Source of the DNA: Oopsacas minuta
Taxonomy: Eukaryota > Animalia > Porifera
Assembly (NCBI GenBank): GCA_024704765.1
Contig: JAKMXF010000301.1
Span: 1-64,000, forward strand
Length of the DNA: 64,000 bases
Direction of reading: 5' to 3'
Shown here: positions 48,007-60,853 of the stretch, one piece after another
Numbering within the stretch: position 1 is the first letter of the stretch
How the letters are laid out: the number at the start of each line of letters is the position of its first letter
Made by a program: the position numbers and the translations under genes
Notes under the pieces: generated by a model
What the model saw: only the letters and a program-made list of their open reading frames with translations
The model's database searches: none
What the model was told of the DNA's origin: nothing

Positions 48007-49859
48007 CTATAAAACAGCATAATATTAGAATACAAGACTACCATAATCAATAAAATATGAATTACAATATAAATGGAAAAATTAAGAGCAAAAAGATGAT
48101 TAGTATATATCCAGGCAGAGTTGACAAATGGGGCATTTGCCTGGATATGTAATTCCCTGAACATTCCGCGGATGATGCATTAAAATTCGGTTCTAGGTTC
48201 CACCAAGTTCGAAATAATAGCCCTGCATGGCTGCAGTATACACGATCCTGGGACCACTGCTGAGTACTATAGTGGCTAATCATTAAAAGATATTATTTCA
48301 CTCAAATCGAAAAATAATTTCAATTGCATTGGTTTCTACCTTCTAATGGACACTCAATGCAGGGCATGATCTTGTTGAATAAAGACGCCCATATAATATT
48401 TTTCCTAACCAAATCCAGGAATCTTGCGAAAATTCACCGAATAGTCTACAAATTGTTGAATAGACATAATCTGGCCAATCTGGTATATAAAATAGCCTTA
48501 TGATGAAAAGAAATACCTTATTAAATAATGTGTATTATTCATCAATATTTTTACATGACTTATTAGCATACTTTAATCAATTATACTATCAAATAACATC
48601 ATTTATACAGCAAAGGGTTGATACGAGCAATTATAGAACGAATCCTGTTTTAATGAGAACAAAATCCTTGGGAAATATGGAGATTTTTGAAAATTAAATG
48701 CTATAATAATAGTGTAAACTGACATCCAGTCTGAATTTACTAAATTTGATGATCGAGTATATAAATAAAATACACTAACAGAATAAGGTACTTGAACACA
48801 ACAATTTCATAATTGTATATCATATCTATATAGCGAATATTGAAAATAATATTTACCTGACTAAATAAGTGAAAACTTTCAAATTAGACAATTTCTTGTT
48901 ATAATTTGTACATTAAATATATAATGAGATAATGAATTTTTCAATTGGGAGCTGCACAAATATCAAGTGAGGAGGAATAATATGATAGCATATTCGAACT
49001 TGAGTGCCTGTATTAACTAAGTATGACTATGCATTATAATTGAAATCATATCCTGTTGAACTATTACCATTTTCATATTTGTCCTACGTGAGATAGAAGT
49101 AGCACATATCAATTATGTGTGTCACATTTCGTATGTGAACAATAATGGTGAGAATAATTTCAAAATTTCTAACTATACAATTATTTGCAAATGTTTATAG
49201 AAACCAAATATATTTTACACAGTATCTCATTTTCGTGTCCGTAATCCGTAGATGTGCTAAATCTCCCACATGTTGCACAAATATTAAAATGTAAATAAAT
49301 CAACAAGACAATACCAAATTTTCATCCTGGGGAAATAAAGACCTTTGACCTCAAATATGACATCACAATTGTTCCTTCTCATTTTAATTCTGTGCAATTA
49401 ACTTTTGAAAATATATTAGCTCATTATCTACTTAATGAGCAAAGTGTGACTATAAAATAACAAATCGCAAAGATCTCTATATTTAGTAAGGACAATGTTA
49501 ACTAACATAGTCAAATAGGTATTTCAGGCATAATATCGTATGCATAATCAAATATTCGTGGTAGAGTCAGGATTCAAAATATTATGTTAGTGGTGTGCAA
49601 GCATTGTGTCTGGGGGTTATTGTAGTTACCTAATTCCTTCAATGTAATGAGTTTCGCATAATTATAAGCTGTGTTAATGTAGAAGCCTTTATTTGGATAC
49701 AATGTGAAGAGTATCTGTGATAATCGTTTGCTGGGATTTTAATTGACTGACCGAAAAATAATCCAGCGCATTAATAAAATAATAAAATCCATATGATTGG
49801 TAGATTTCAGTTATTATGTGACCCAAAAAATGGGTCACATCGGATTAGAATTATATTTA

Positions 49860-51204
49860 CAGGGTGTATAATGATTGATGCCCTCTAATACAAGAATATT
49901 TATTAATGAAATGGGTTAAGAATATATAATAATTCATTTGCCTATATATGCCGCCGTTAGTTTGATAAATTTTTTGATGCGTTCGGGCATTCCTCTATAC
50001 ATTTTGTCCAAAATATCCGGTTGGATTTGGGACCAAGCTAATTTTACCTTCCTGATCGGCATTTCTGTATTTGTTGAAGGTGCCATTGTATCTACCTCAG
50101 TTTGGAGAATTGACCAGAGGTTCTCTATTGGATTTAGATCCGGTGAGTTTCCTGGCCAAATACCTTTAGCCCAAAAGCCTTTCAGGTTGTTCTTATACCA
50201 TTCTTGGGATATTTTTACGTGATGCGTAAGTGCACCATCCTGTTGAAAGATGGATTTGGACATCTCTGGCAGCTTAGCTATGCTTAAAACATTACCAATT
50301 TTCGCTTTCTTCGCATTGCAGAAAGGAGGGAATTCTTCAAAATGTCTTCCACATAGTCCTGCTGTTATGGTTTGTCCTTTGGGAACAATATGTAATTCTG
50401 AGAGTGCACAGTAAGATATCATGCCCCACACATGTATTTTGCTCGGAAATTTGACCCTCTTGACTGGTGGAATTTGTGAAGTATCTTTAGCCCAGATACG
50501 ATCGTTTTGTCGATTCGGAGGGTGCAAAATTTCAAATGGAGATTCGTCAGAAAATAGGACACGTTTCCAGTCTTCAACATTCCAATTTCTCCGTTCTTTA
50601 CAGAAATTCAGCCTGGCCGCAAGCTGTTTTTCGGTCAGCAGCGGGTGTCGTTGTCGCTTATAGGGTTTAACTTGAAGGGTCTTCCTTAAATAATTATGAA
50701 CCGTGCCATGAGTGATAGGAACTCCACTAGCAGTTATTCTCTTGGCTAGCTTTCGAGTGGATTGGTTTCTTTTACTTATTAATTTAGCCAAAATTATTTT
50801 CACAACTCTAGGGATGGATGATTCTGGCCCACGGCCCCCTTTATTCTGAAGGGACTCCCTTTTTGTACCGACTCTACCAACGTCTGATTGTGCTAATATC
50901 TTCCCCTATTAACTTAGAGCATTTTCTTTGCGTAAATCCTGCTTCTAACACCCCAATAGCTTGAATTCGAGAAGATAGAGGATGCTCTTTTACCATATTT
51001 AATAGACTAATTGTCAAGAAAAAAGCAAAGATTAATTTTCGTATAAATATAGGAACGAGTTAGATGAAATAGTATTAAAGATTATGTGTATTGATAACTA
51101 AAAGGTAAGAGATTAAGATACATTAAATTAGATTCATTTTACTAGTGTAAATACAAAGGTTATACATAAATATAAATATAGCGCATCAATCATCATACAC
51201 CCTG
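49860..51204 (-). mobile_element. Tc1-like element with DD37E triad (TRT/ITmD37E-like), degenerate
   Basis: TA|cagggtgtataatgattgatgc...gcatcaatcatcatacaccctg|TA. LFSDES, FQQD-37 aa-E in SPDLNPIENLW. Compensating frameshifts near ITAG... Confidence 0.9.
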
Positions 51205-51968
51205 TATAGTTATTGGAGTTAGTGGGTCTGAATAAATTATGGCAAACTAGTAAATTAATGATTTTGTAAATGAGATGTTGAAGGTAATATGCAAATTGGC
51301 AAGGAAAACATTATCACTAAACCAATAGGCCAGGCGATAATACTTACATCCGAGAGGCATTACTATTACTGATCTCAACTAGAACAATAGCATAATAGCA
51401 TTAGCTGAAGACCAGGATCTACAATTGTATAAGTCTGTGTGAAAGTGTAGGTTTCCCGTTAGTGTATTACAGCGATTACCAATCACTTAACAAGTTGGCC
51501 CATTATACTAAATTTAACATATTCTGTCGACTCCCCTGGCCCATGCACTAATGGGAGTGTAAAGTAAGATGAATAGATAATAACCGTCGATTTGAGTAAA
51601 AGTAAGATTCAAATATCATCAATAACAAATACAAATGCTAGATCAAAGAATTAACATATGCTTAACCCACAAGATATGGAATATAATCTTCCAATTGTAT
51701 TCTACCAGAAATAACTCAAGATTAACATGCAAATTGTGACAGAATCGAAATATTTAGCAGGGAAAATATACAATGCCACTTACAGTCCAAATTCAACTCA
51801 ATTTGAAGACAGTAAAATGCATATAACTCTTTGACTTTAAATCAAAACGAATTTTGACGTCAAATCGCTATCCGTAATCAGTGAAAGATTTCGTGTGAGT
51901 GGTCATTCCAATATATTTGGGAATACTTTTCCAAAAGTTTTGCCAGCAACACAGGAATCTCTAAATAA

Positions 51969-52110
51969 TAGGCGTAGCTAGGGGTTGTTGGCAACCCCGA
52001 CCTATTGTCAGCAACGCCTGGTTTACTGGGGATCCATGCAATTTAAATCTCATTGGGGTTGCTAGCAATCTCAGGGGAAATCTCATAGAGGAAAGATAGC
52101 TACGGCGCTG
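51969..52110. mobile_element. Degenerate hAT/Harbinger-type MITE
   Basis: taggcgtagctagggg...tagctacggcgctg inverted ends. Confidence 0.45.
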
Positions 52111-52639
52111 GACAAAGAAATGGCAACATTTCATTCTCAAAATTTTGTACTAACATTATCGAGTGCCCCTTGTTCGGTTGCCGAGTCTAGATGCACATAT
52201 CAACTATGGATTGCATCTGTACACACGATTTCCAGATCTCTTTATCAACCCACATAATTCTTTTGAGGATTCTACAGATTTTATCAAGATGATTTTATCA
52301 TATTTATATGATAAACTTCAACAATGCATTCATAATTTATCACTGAAATGGTGATCACTATAATTATCTCACACTAGGGCTATATTTTGTTATTATCAAT
52401 ATATATCCTAAGGATTCTGCCTTCGTGTGCACCCATTATATCTACATTACTATATTATCTAATGAAATCATCGTAATCGTCATTTTCAATTTTCTGATAT
52501 TAGGCAACGTATATGTATACTCAAAATTATAGTTTGGGGTACTTTATATCTTTGATCGTTTTCAAGATGCTATAATCGTCTAAAATTGATATTGATGATC
52601 TTATCCAATTTTGATTCAGATGATTGTTTTCAATAAATT

Positions 52640-52740
52640 TACAATGTCGCCACATGTGAGTAGCAAAGAAATGTAATCGTTGGATTTAGAGAAAATCTAA
52701 CGATTACATTTCTTTGCTACTCACATGTGGTTACATTGTA
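52640..52740. repeat. 101-bp near-perfect palindrome (probable MITE)
   Basis: 48-bp arms with 3 mismatches around a 5-nt loop (agaga), bounded by TA at both ends. Confidence 0.9.
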
Positions 52741-54929
52741 GTTAACCCTGGACCTTTAACGAAGGGTAAGTATTTTCAAGGTAAATGTATATAGTATATA
52801 TTTTTTCTACCAATTTCAAAGTCAACAGAAATTCTCGAATGGGTATTCTATTTCTAGTTGTGAAGGCACTGTTCGCATTGGAATTCGAATGGTCTGAAAA
52901 TAAAATTATCAAAAAGAAAACGAGAATTGGCATTACCAAAATCCATTTGGTGAGAAATTATCTAAAGTTATATTTGGTAGAAAGTGTACTAGCCAACGTG
53001 CAAATAATGAACTTATGGAGTGAAACTGAACAACAATTCATCACAATTTCATGAGTATATTAATGCCTAGAGAACATGAAGAACTTACTCCGATTTTATC
53101 AATTAATATAAATATTCAACAGTTTAGAACCTCATTCTGGATTCGGGATAGAAAATCTCAAATTCCATCATATCAAAGTAACAATTTAGAAATGTAGATG
53201 GTGTTAGTACTAGGTATGTTGATTCAATTCTTCCATATGTACATCCTGGCTAGAACAACAAGAATTTCAGCAACTTTTATGAACAATTTGGGGAGTTGTC
53301 AACTCTGGATAATATGACAACAAAAATAATGACAGAAATAATTGAAATTCCAAATTTTATTGATTCCTCCACTGAATAAAAAAGAATGGGACAGTATATG
53401 CCCACAGATTAAAGTAAAACATTTGAACATCAATGGACAAGCATAGTTAGTCAAAATTATCAATTTCTTCCTTTTTGCGTTATTATATTTCTCTACCATC
53501 GTATTAAGATGAAATCTCCATTCAGAAATAGCTCGTAGCTTGTTGGAGAATCAAATAGTATATTCAAGAACTGCAAGAAAAATCAATTCTGGCTAAAGAA
53601 TACTCCTGAACTTGGAACAGAGAATGTCATTTAACAATGTAAATGTCTTGGGTAAGATTTCCTATCAACATTTGATAGCACTCTTTCATATCGTGAAAAT
53701 CATCTGGCCAGGAAAGGGTATTTTTTGACGGACAATTGGCTCATAGCTCGACAAGAAACTTTCACTATAACCAATGTAAACAATCAAATAGTTTAGAAGG
53801 TTTGAAGCATGGTAATCTTACTTTTTCTCAAACCTCAAAAGGCTCTTAGAAAGTTAAACTAGAACACGAATCAAAAAATTAATTAAGTGATTATATATGG
53901 CAAAATATCATAATAACTCAACAGACATACAAAAGTACTAGTAAAGGAACTAATATTAATGAATATTTATAGCCTGTATCTTGTTATCCAATCATTATTC
54001 CTATGCACACTGAGGGACAATTATTACTCAACAAAAGGTGTCAGCCTGGAAATCTGACATTGCATTTGCATGCAACTGGTTCAATTGTAAAAAATTGAGA
54101 AAATGCATAAAAGAATGGTATTTTATGCATTAACAGTGAAACATCCAGAGGCTAAAACTTCTCCTACATCTCATTCTACAAAATCTATAAACTCTATCCA
54201 AAAATAAATTTCTGCAAGAAAACATGCAATATTATTTTCCAAATCTACCTGAGTATTTGGCAACACATTATATAACAAATAGTACTTATGGACTGGCTTG
54301 ATAAGTGGCCAGGCCTTATATTACTTTGAAATGTAAATGATACTTTTACAACCACCATTGTCAAAAATGAAGCAATATTGTGCAATATATAATATTTAAA
54401 ATAAGAAACAAAAATAATACCAGGTGATTTATAAAAGGGATTTATGAGGAATTTTCTAGTAGAATTAAAGCATCTGATTTAATTCCTTTCAATTAACAAC
54501 AAAATGTTGAAGAAAACAAAAACGGAAAAGGGAGAGATTGTACACAAATAGAAGAAATAAGTGAAAGAAAAAAGACAAATCTTAGTTATTTCAAACCATG
54601 TCAATTACCCAAAAGTAACTTTTGTGAAAAGAGTTTGAAATACAAGAAAACTATACCTAAACCTTATAAAACAGAGAAATAAGAGGTAGTAAAAGGTTGG
54701 AACATCAAGAAATATCAGAGATCAGTCCGTGCGAAATCCAAAGTGATGATAGCATCCTTGATCAGGGATCATATGGTGTTATTTTTATGATAATTTGTTA
54801 CCTCTTACCCCTGATTGACTATGGCAGAAATGTAAAGAATTTCATATGTAATATTTGTAAGTGGCGTTATTTATGGAAAGGAAGCTATTGATAAATCATT
54901 AGAAATTTGTGAGCGCTGGACTAAAGAAA

Positions 54930-55340
54930 AGTGAATATCTCCCGAAGGCTATTTTTTCTTTAGTTCTCTATCTTATGTAATCACGGGCTCAGATCATTGT
55001 CATAAAGAAATTAGAGAATGGTAACTCAGGAAAATGAGTAATAAGTTTTGCATACCATGCACGAACTATAGGATTTGCATCCTAAGCAGCGTTGTAGCAA
55101 GATTGAAGAGTACATAACTATAAGTATGATGGATCGGGTAGGGTCTTATGGAACTGACCTAGAAGGATTTTTAGCAGCACAACTCCTGAGCATAGATAAT
55201 TTGGTATTTAAAATGCAAATTGTTGTTGAAATATATTTTCCTTTATGGATTCAATATGAGATACGATGTATATAACATAACTGAGAAGTACATGTTTTGC
55301 GCTTGTATATCAGTCATCTTCAACCAGCGACTAAAGTGAA
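54930..55340 (+). pseudogene. Decayed OTU-like domain, probably transposon-derived
   Basis: EGYFFFSSLSYVITGSDHCHKEIRE (cf. GDGNCLFSSLSYIVTGS at 4002), then GSYGTDLEGFLAAQLL and a possible LYISHLQP. Several frameshifts. Confidence 0.6.
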
Positions 55341-55857
55341 CACGTTGGGAAAATGTGTTTATGGAGGGATATGTAAAGAATTTTATCTAACTCAATGACT
55401 CCACTCCTTCGACATTGGCACTACAGAATCAATGCTGAGAAATTAGTTTAGATAAAACCATTATTGCCAAATTATAGATATAGATTTAGATTGCAGCATT
55501 GTAGGAAATTGCATTCAAAAGATTTATGATACATAATTCTATTCTATATAGAATGAAAGTGTGACTTATAGAAGCAATAAACTGAAATGTCATAAAAATG
55601 GCGGAATGCCCTTAGGCCAGCACTGTGAATTACCAACGGAGATCACTTTAAGTCTGTAGGTTTTACAGTTGTTAAAATGGGTACAAAATGTTGGTCTATT
55701 TCGCTCCTAACTTCACACTAAAAATCTTTGATCACCTTCACATGTACAACTTTGGCAAATACAGTGATCTACTTTCAGTGACACATCATGCACTTATAGT
55801 CAAATTTCTTACATATAGAGGTGCTAAAATTATGTATCAGGGCATGTCTACTAAATA

Positions 55858-56638
55858 CAGTGGAAGCCACTTAATCGGGACTCGGATAATCGGGACTCGG
55901 ATAATCGGGATATCCACTTAAACGAGACAATAGTTTGGGGACAGATTTTTACATAGAAAAATCGTCAGATAATTGGGGCATTGAATCGGTTAATTGGGAT
56001 TTTTTCTCCCGATAACCCGAATATTTAAAGTTCATAATCGGTTATTTAGAATTTCTTATCCCGATTTACCGGATATGAATTATATTCGCTTTATTAGGAT
56101 TTCTATCCCAATTTTACGATTGTATATTTATTCAGAATCATTGTAAAATGGTTTGTTCTAAAACTATGAATTTGAATATTATTTACAATCATAACAATAC
56201 AACACCAATGCGATTACCATTTACTATACTAAGATTATTAACATTGCTCACTTGCCTCAGTTTCCATTGGCTATTCCAGTGTATAATTCCCTCAATAATG
56301 GTCACACTATTGCATATCAAAACGTTTTTGCATGGGTTGCAGTAATAAGCACATGCTTTATTATTTAAACTTTACTTTCTTACTTTCTAAGTATATAGCG
56401 TAACGCATTTTATGACCTCTTGGACCGGAACTATACTCATACTGCAACCAAATCTCTACTAGACCCTAGATAAATCAGGATTAGTAGTATAGAAATAAGA
56501 TATATCTGGTCATGTGACAAGGAAAATCTTATTTTGAATATTTGAATAATCATATCGGTTAATCAGTTAATCGGAACAATCAGTTAATCGAGACAAAACA
56601 TTGACTCCCTAGCTGTCCCGATTAAGTGGCTTCCACTG
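55858..56638. mobile_element. Non-autonomous Tc1/mariner (Tigger-like) element
   Basis: Perfect 24-bp TIR cagtggaagccacttaatcgggac / gtcccgattaagtggcttccactg. TA on the left, TG on the right. Internal taatcggga repeats. Confidence 0.9.
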
Positions 56639-57734
56639 TGGTATATTGTCTTATACTCTCATAGCTGATCCCCGAATAGAATCATGTATACTTTCCAACC
56701 AAAGCTATAAAGAAGCAGAGGAATTCCTAGTCGTGCCTTGATGGTTTCAAAAAGTTAGATAAATAGGCTGTAATGTATATTAAGCGTCGATATGTTGATC
56801 AGAGCGCATAAACACTATAAGAATTGTTCCAGAGAGTTACTGCTCGCTCCCGGTGTGATCTCATCTTTGTGATGACATGTACTACAAAAAAAGGGATGTA
56901 GGGATAGAAGGGCCAATCGGAAGCATTTACTGGACATGAATTGGCATTTATTTGAGCAAAGTTTGGTATATGAAGGTATCAACTATAGTGTTTTAATGTC
57001 TAAAGCAGAGTTACACGTTAGGCGAAAGTTCTAACCGCAGCTCGGCCCGAAATATTAGTAACCCTGCCTGCGCTAGCAAATGCATTATTCTTCTCGTAAG
57101 AAACCTACAAAGCATGTAAGACCCGGAGAAATTACCGTTCAATTTACTCCAAAGTATTCCTAAAGGATAACTCTTGACAATTCTTATAGTAACCTGAGAT
57201 TGCGGAACTGTGCTAAGCTGTTTAACGCGTGGGTCAAAGTGTGAGTATTTCACGTCCGACAAAATTGTGATGGTTGTGTTTTTCAATTTTAGATCACTAT
57301 CCCTATCATAATTTTGGGGTATATTGGGATTATTGTTGACTTGCTCATGCTAAATTTGTTTTGTAAATTCTTATATACAAATAACACATTCATTTGGGAG
57401 AAATGTTCCAGTTTCATATTATCGACGATAATAGAATTTCCCATCAAAATGTATCCAATTCCTATTATCCCTGGTTAAAAGTAGTGATCAGATCAGACAG
57501 AAGTTAGACAGACGAGGTTATTCAAGTAGCATAAAGAGAAAGCCCTGTTGATGAAGATAGTGAAAGAAGTCACAAAGGGGGACGCTTTGGTGGTGACAAA
57601 GTTACAAAGAAGAATAAGCATAACATGTTCAAAAGCTAGCCGGAATTACAGGAAGACACCTGGCGGTGTGAAGAGGAAAGTTAGAGAGCGTAGCATCTAT
57701 ATGCAATTAACTCCAAAATAATACAGAAGCTCTG

Positions 57735-57930
57735 ACGAGTCTGATACCTTGTGTAGCATATGTCACGATAGATAACCAAAACCTATACAAAAAGAGGCGA
57801 ATCGGAAAGAAGAATCGATCATAATGCGAGGGCTATGATATCTGCAATGATTAAGTTCAGGTTCATGTTACAGTACTGATGCAGATCATGTGACACTGCA
57901 GGATCTTTCACCTTCGGTAAGTGTTCATGA
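57735..57930 (+). pseudogene. Decayed PHD-finger-like relic (possibly pogo-type transposase tail)
   Basis: DTLCSICHD...ICND..VHVT...FTFGKC across frameshifts and stops. Confidence 0.3.
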
Positions 57931-57937
57931 TACATTA

Positions 57938-59090
57938 CAGGGTGTCTAATAAGTTCTGTTATACATTTTCGCGCCTTAGACTGTAGATATTAATATGCTT
58001 ATGAAGTAATCTTCTAGAATTTCTTGTAGCATTTTTAGCGTTCTTTCGAATTATACCAAGTATATATCATTCAAGTTGATGAGTTCCCAGAAAATCACAA
58101 ATCTGGGTTTAGCAACAGTGAAATTCTAAAAAGGCCAAAAATGATAAAGTCAATCCCATGTTGATCTATTGCACAATAAAACGTTATATAGAGACTGGGA
58201 GCGTGTCTGACAGAAAACGAATTGGTCGTCCAAGATCCGCTCGCACACCAGCCCTGAAGAATAGTGTTAGATGTCGAATCCTGAGAAATCCCCGGCGTTC
58301 AATGCCAAAAATGTCTCGTGAATTCTGTGTCAATCACGAAACGATGCGGAAATTGGTTGTAGTAGACCTAGGAATGAAGTCCTATAAGAGGGAAAACGTA
58401 TACCATCTTAACGACTCCATACGTCGTAAGCGACTCGAAAGATGCATACAACTAAAAGCCCGATTCGCTCCTGGGACTGAAGATCAGATTCTTTTATCAG
58501 ATGAGAAGCTGTTCACCGTTGAGGAGGCAAGCAATGGTCAAAACGGCCGTATTCTTGCATCTCAAAGTCAGGATATCCCAGATAGCATCAAGTACATTGA
58601 TAGAGTCCAGAAGCCTCTTTCTCTGATGGTATGTGCGGGAGTGTCTGCAGATTCACGGACAAACCTGATTTCTGTCCACCAAGGAATTAAAGTAAACTCC
58701 CAGACCTACAGAGAGCTGGTCTTGGAGCCTGAAATTGCGTCTGCTGGTGAGAAGTACCTTCAAAACCATCCTTGGATTTACCAACAAGACTCTGCGCCTG
58801 CACATGCTTCAAAAGTATCCCAGGGTTGGTTCCGAGAGCAAAATATCGATTTCATAAGTAAGGAGGGATGGCCACCATCAAGTCCAGATTTAAACCCACT
58901 CGACTATTCTGTTTGGGCAAACTTGGAGAGCCGGGCCTGTGCAAAATCTCACAAGAGTTTGGAGTCCCTCAAAGTTAGTTTGTTGAGCGAATGGCAGAAA
59001 ATCTCACAGGAGGAGCTGCGAAAAGGTGTCAATCAGTTTCGGAGGAGGCTAACTTCCGTAATTCATAAAAAGGGAGGCTATATTCAATGA
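57938..59090 (+). mobile_element. maT (DD37D) Tc1/mariner element; transposase 58158-59090 with N-terminal frameshift
   Basis: Left TIR TA|cagggtgtctaataag. LSDEKLF, YQQD-37 aa-D in SPDLNPLDYSVW. The right TIR was not found because a mariner abuts it. Confidence 0.9.
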
Positions 59091-59185
59091 TATTTGTGAT
59101 GTAATTAGGAACATAAGTCCTAAGAAAATAGAAGGTTTCATGGCTTTACAATGGATAAATTTGAAATTATTGGGGAATTGATATA

Positions 59186-59830
59186 CTAGGGCGTTCAATA
59201 AGTCTTGCGGGTGATATCATAGAATATGATACAAACACTGTACACACTAATTCACTATATTATTTTTCAAAGTAATCTCCTCCTGCAGATACACAAAGTT
59301 TTAACCTTTCCAGCCACTTGTGAAACACATTTCTGTACTCTTCTTCGGGGATGGGTTTGAAGTACTGGTACAGGCCAGTTCCGAGTGCTTGTAATGTGTT
59401 AAAATCTTTGCCTTGAAGATAGATTTTACGCCTGGGGAGTAGCCAAAAATCACACGGAGCTAGGTCTGGTGAGTATGGTGGATGGGGGAGTAATGCTAAC
59501 CCTTCTACATCCAAGAAATTTTTGGTAAGCTTAGCTGTATGGGAACTGGCGTTATCAATTAAAATCTTCATTCCTCGAGTTCCGGATTTCGGGCGGTACT
59601 TTTCTATATTTTTATCAAATTTGGAAGCACTTGCTCTGTAAAGAAAATAACAATAACAGCCTTGCCACTCCCACAAGGTAATTGCAAGACAATTCCATGA
59701 CTACTGAAGAAGATGGTATACATAATCTTAGGTTTTCTGAAGTCGGGCCTAGGAATTTTCCCGGTTGTTCGTCGCCCCTCATCCATGCACAGTGTACCGA
59801 TATGGTGTATTAGGCAAAATTTCAATCGCG
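59186..59830 (-). mobile_element. 5'-truncated mariner (DD34D)
   Basis: TIR TA|ctagggcgttcaataagtcttgcg. ILIDNASSH-34-D, PYSPDLAPCDF, MYTIFFSSHG. Confidence 0.88.
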
Positions 59831-60391
59831 AATTTAACTACGTTTATATGAATCTCCATTGTCCAATTAGTAGGAAAATATTGATGATTGCATGTATGAT
59901 CCATAGGAATTTAGATTACAGCGAGCTAAAGTAAGCATATTTTAGATTATTTTAAATAGCTAACCGCAATAGCAAATACCTAACTACCTTAGCAACAATT
60001 TTCTTTTAAATATATACTATATAACATTTGTAGTTTATCATCAATTTGACGTATTTCTTATATTAGATTAGTTTATGTAATTACTACAAGTATTATTGGT
60101 TCCAATTAATTTGGTTGGCTGTCTAGTTTTAAAGGCCTGGAGTGAAATATTTTAGTCTTAATATAATGTTTGGAGTGTGCATCTATCACGTGACAAAAGA
60201 GGACGATAATTTATTGTTAATCGCTTACATTTTTGAAATTATATACCAATTTTCAGACGTGCACCGGATGCACAAATATATTTTTGAGTACATCAATGCT
60301 TGGACCGGACAATAATCGGAAAATGCATTTTTAGAATTTTTTGATATTCAAGTAAATTCTATATATTCTTGCCCTCATGTAAATTTAGACG

Positions 60392-60853
60392 ATGCACGAA
60401 AATAATTTTAATCTTTTCTGTATATTAATAGCTCCTAGTGAATTAATGGCCCCTGTTGTGACCAACAAAGAAGTGTATGCTAGCAATATCTCAATGAGTA
60501 AAAGCCCTAAAGCCACTGCGCAGTATCCTATTGATGATAGTAATATTTCACAGGAAGAACATGATACTATTCTATATAAGTTCAAGTCCCTTATATCATC
60601 CAGAGAGTATTACCGGAAGAAGAGTGATCTTGAGACCTGGGAGAATTTGACCTTCCATTCATATACTGCACCTCTATCAACTTCCATTCCGAGAAAGAAG
60701 AGAATCACACTCGATCCTGGATTAGAACTTTTCTGTAAGGTTTCTATTTCAGAAAGTCGAAATTTCTCTGAAGAAATTACCCATGATTCCAGAATGCATT
60801 TACTTGATTTCAATCTTCAAACTTCTAGATCTAGGCTGAGCATTCTTTTAGAC
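60392..60853 (+). pseudogene. RAG1/Transib-like transposase, N-terminal part (to the start of the nonamer-binding-like domain)
   Basis: The ORF ends ...RMHLLDFNLQTSRSRLSILLD at the hAT target site. The frame resumes at 62945 with HIHFLAERE. Confidence 0.75.

Noticed and set aside
52742-53780. Coding-like stretches with stops
   Set aside because: No recognisable family motif. It may be a decayed gene but this cannot be supported.
60100-60391. RSS-like/Transib 5' TIR upstream of the RAG1-like ORF
   Set aside because: Only scattered CAC words (e.g. cacgtga at about 60188) are present. There is no convincing heptamer-nonamer or TSD, and the other end is outside the window.
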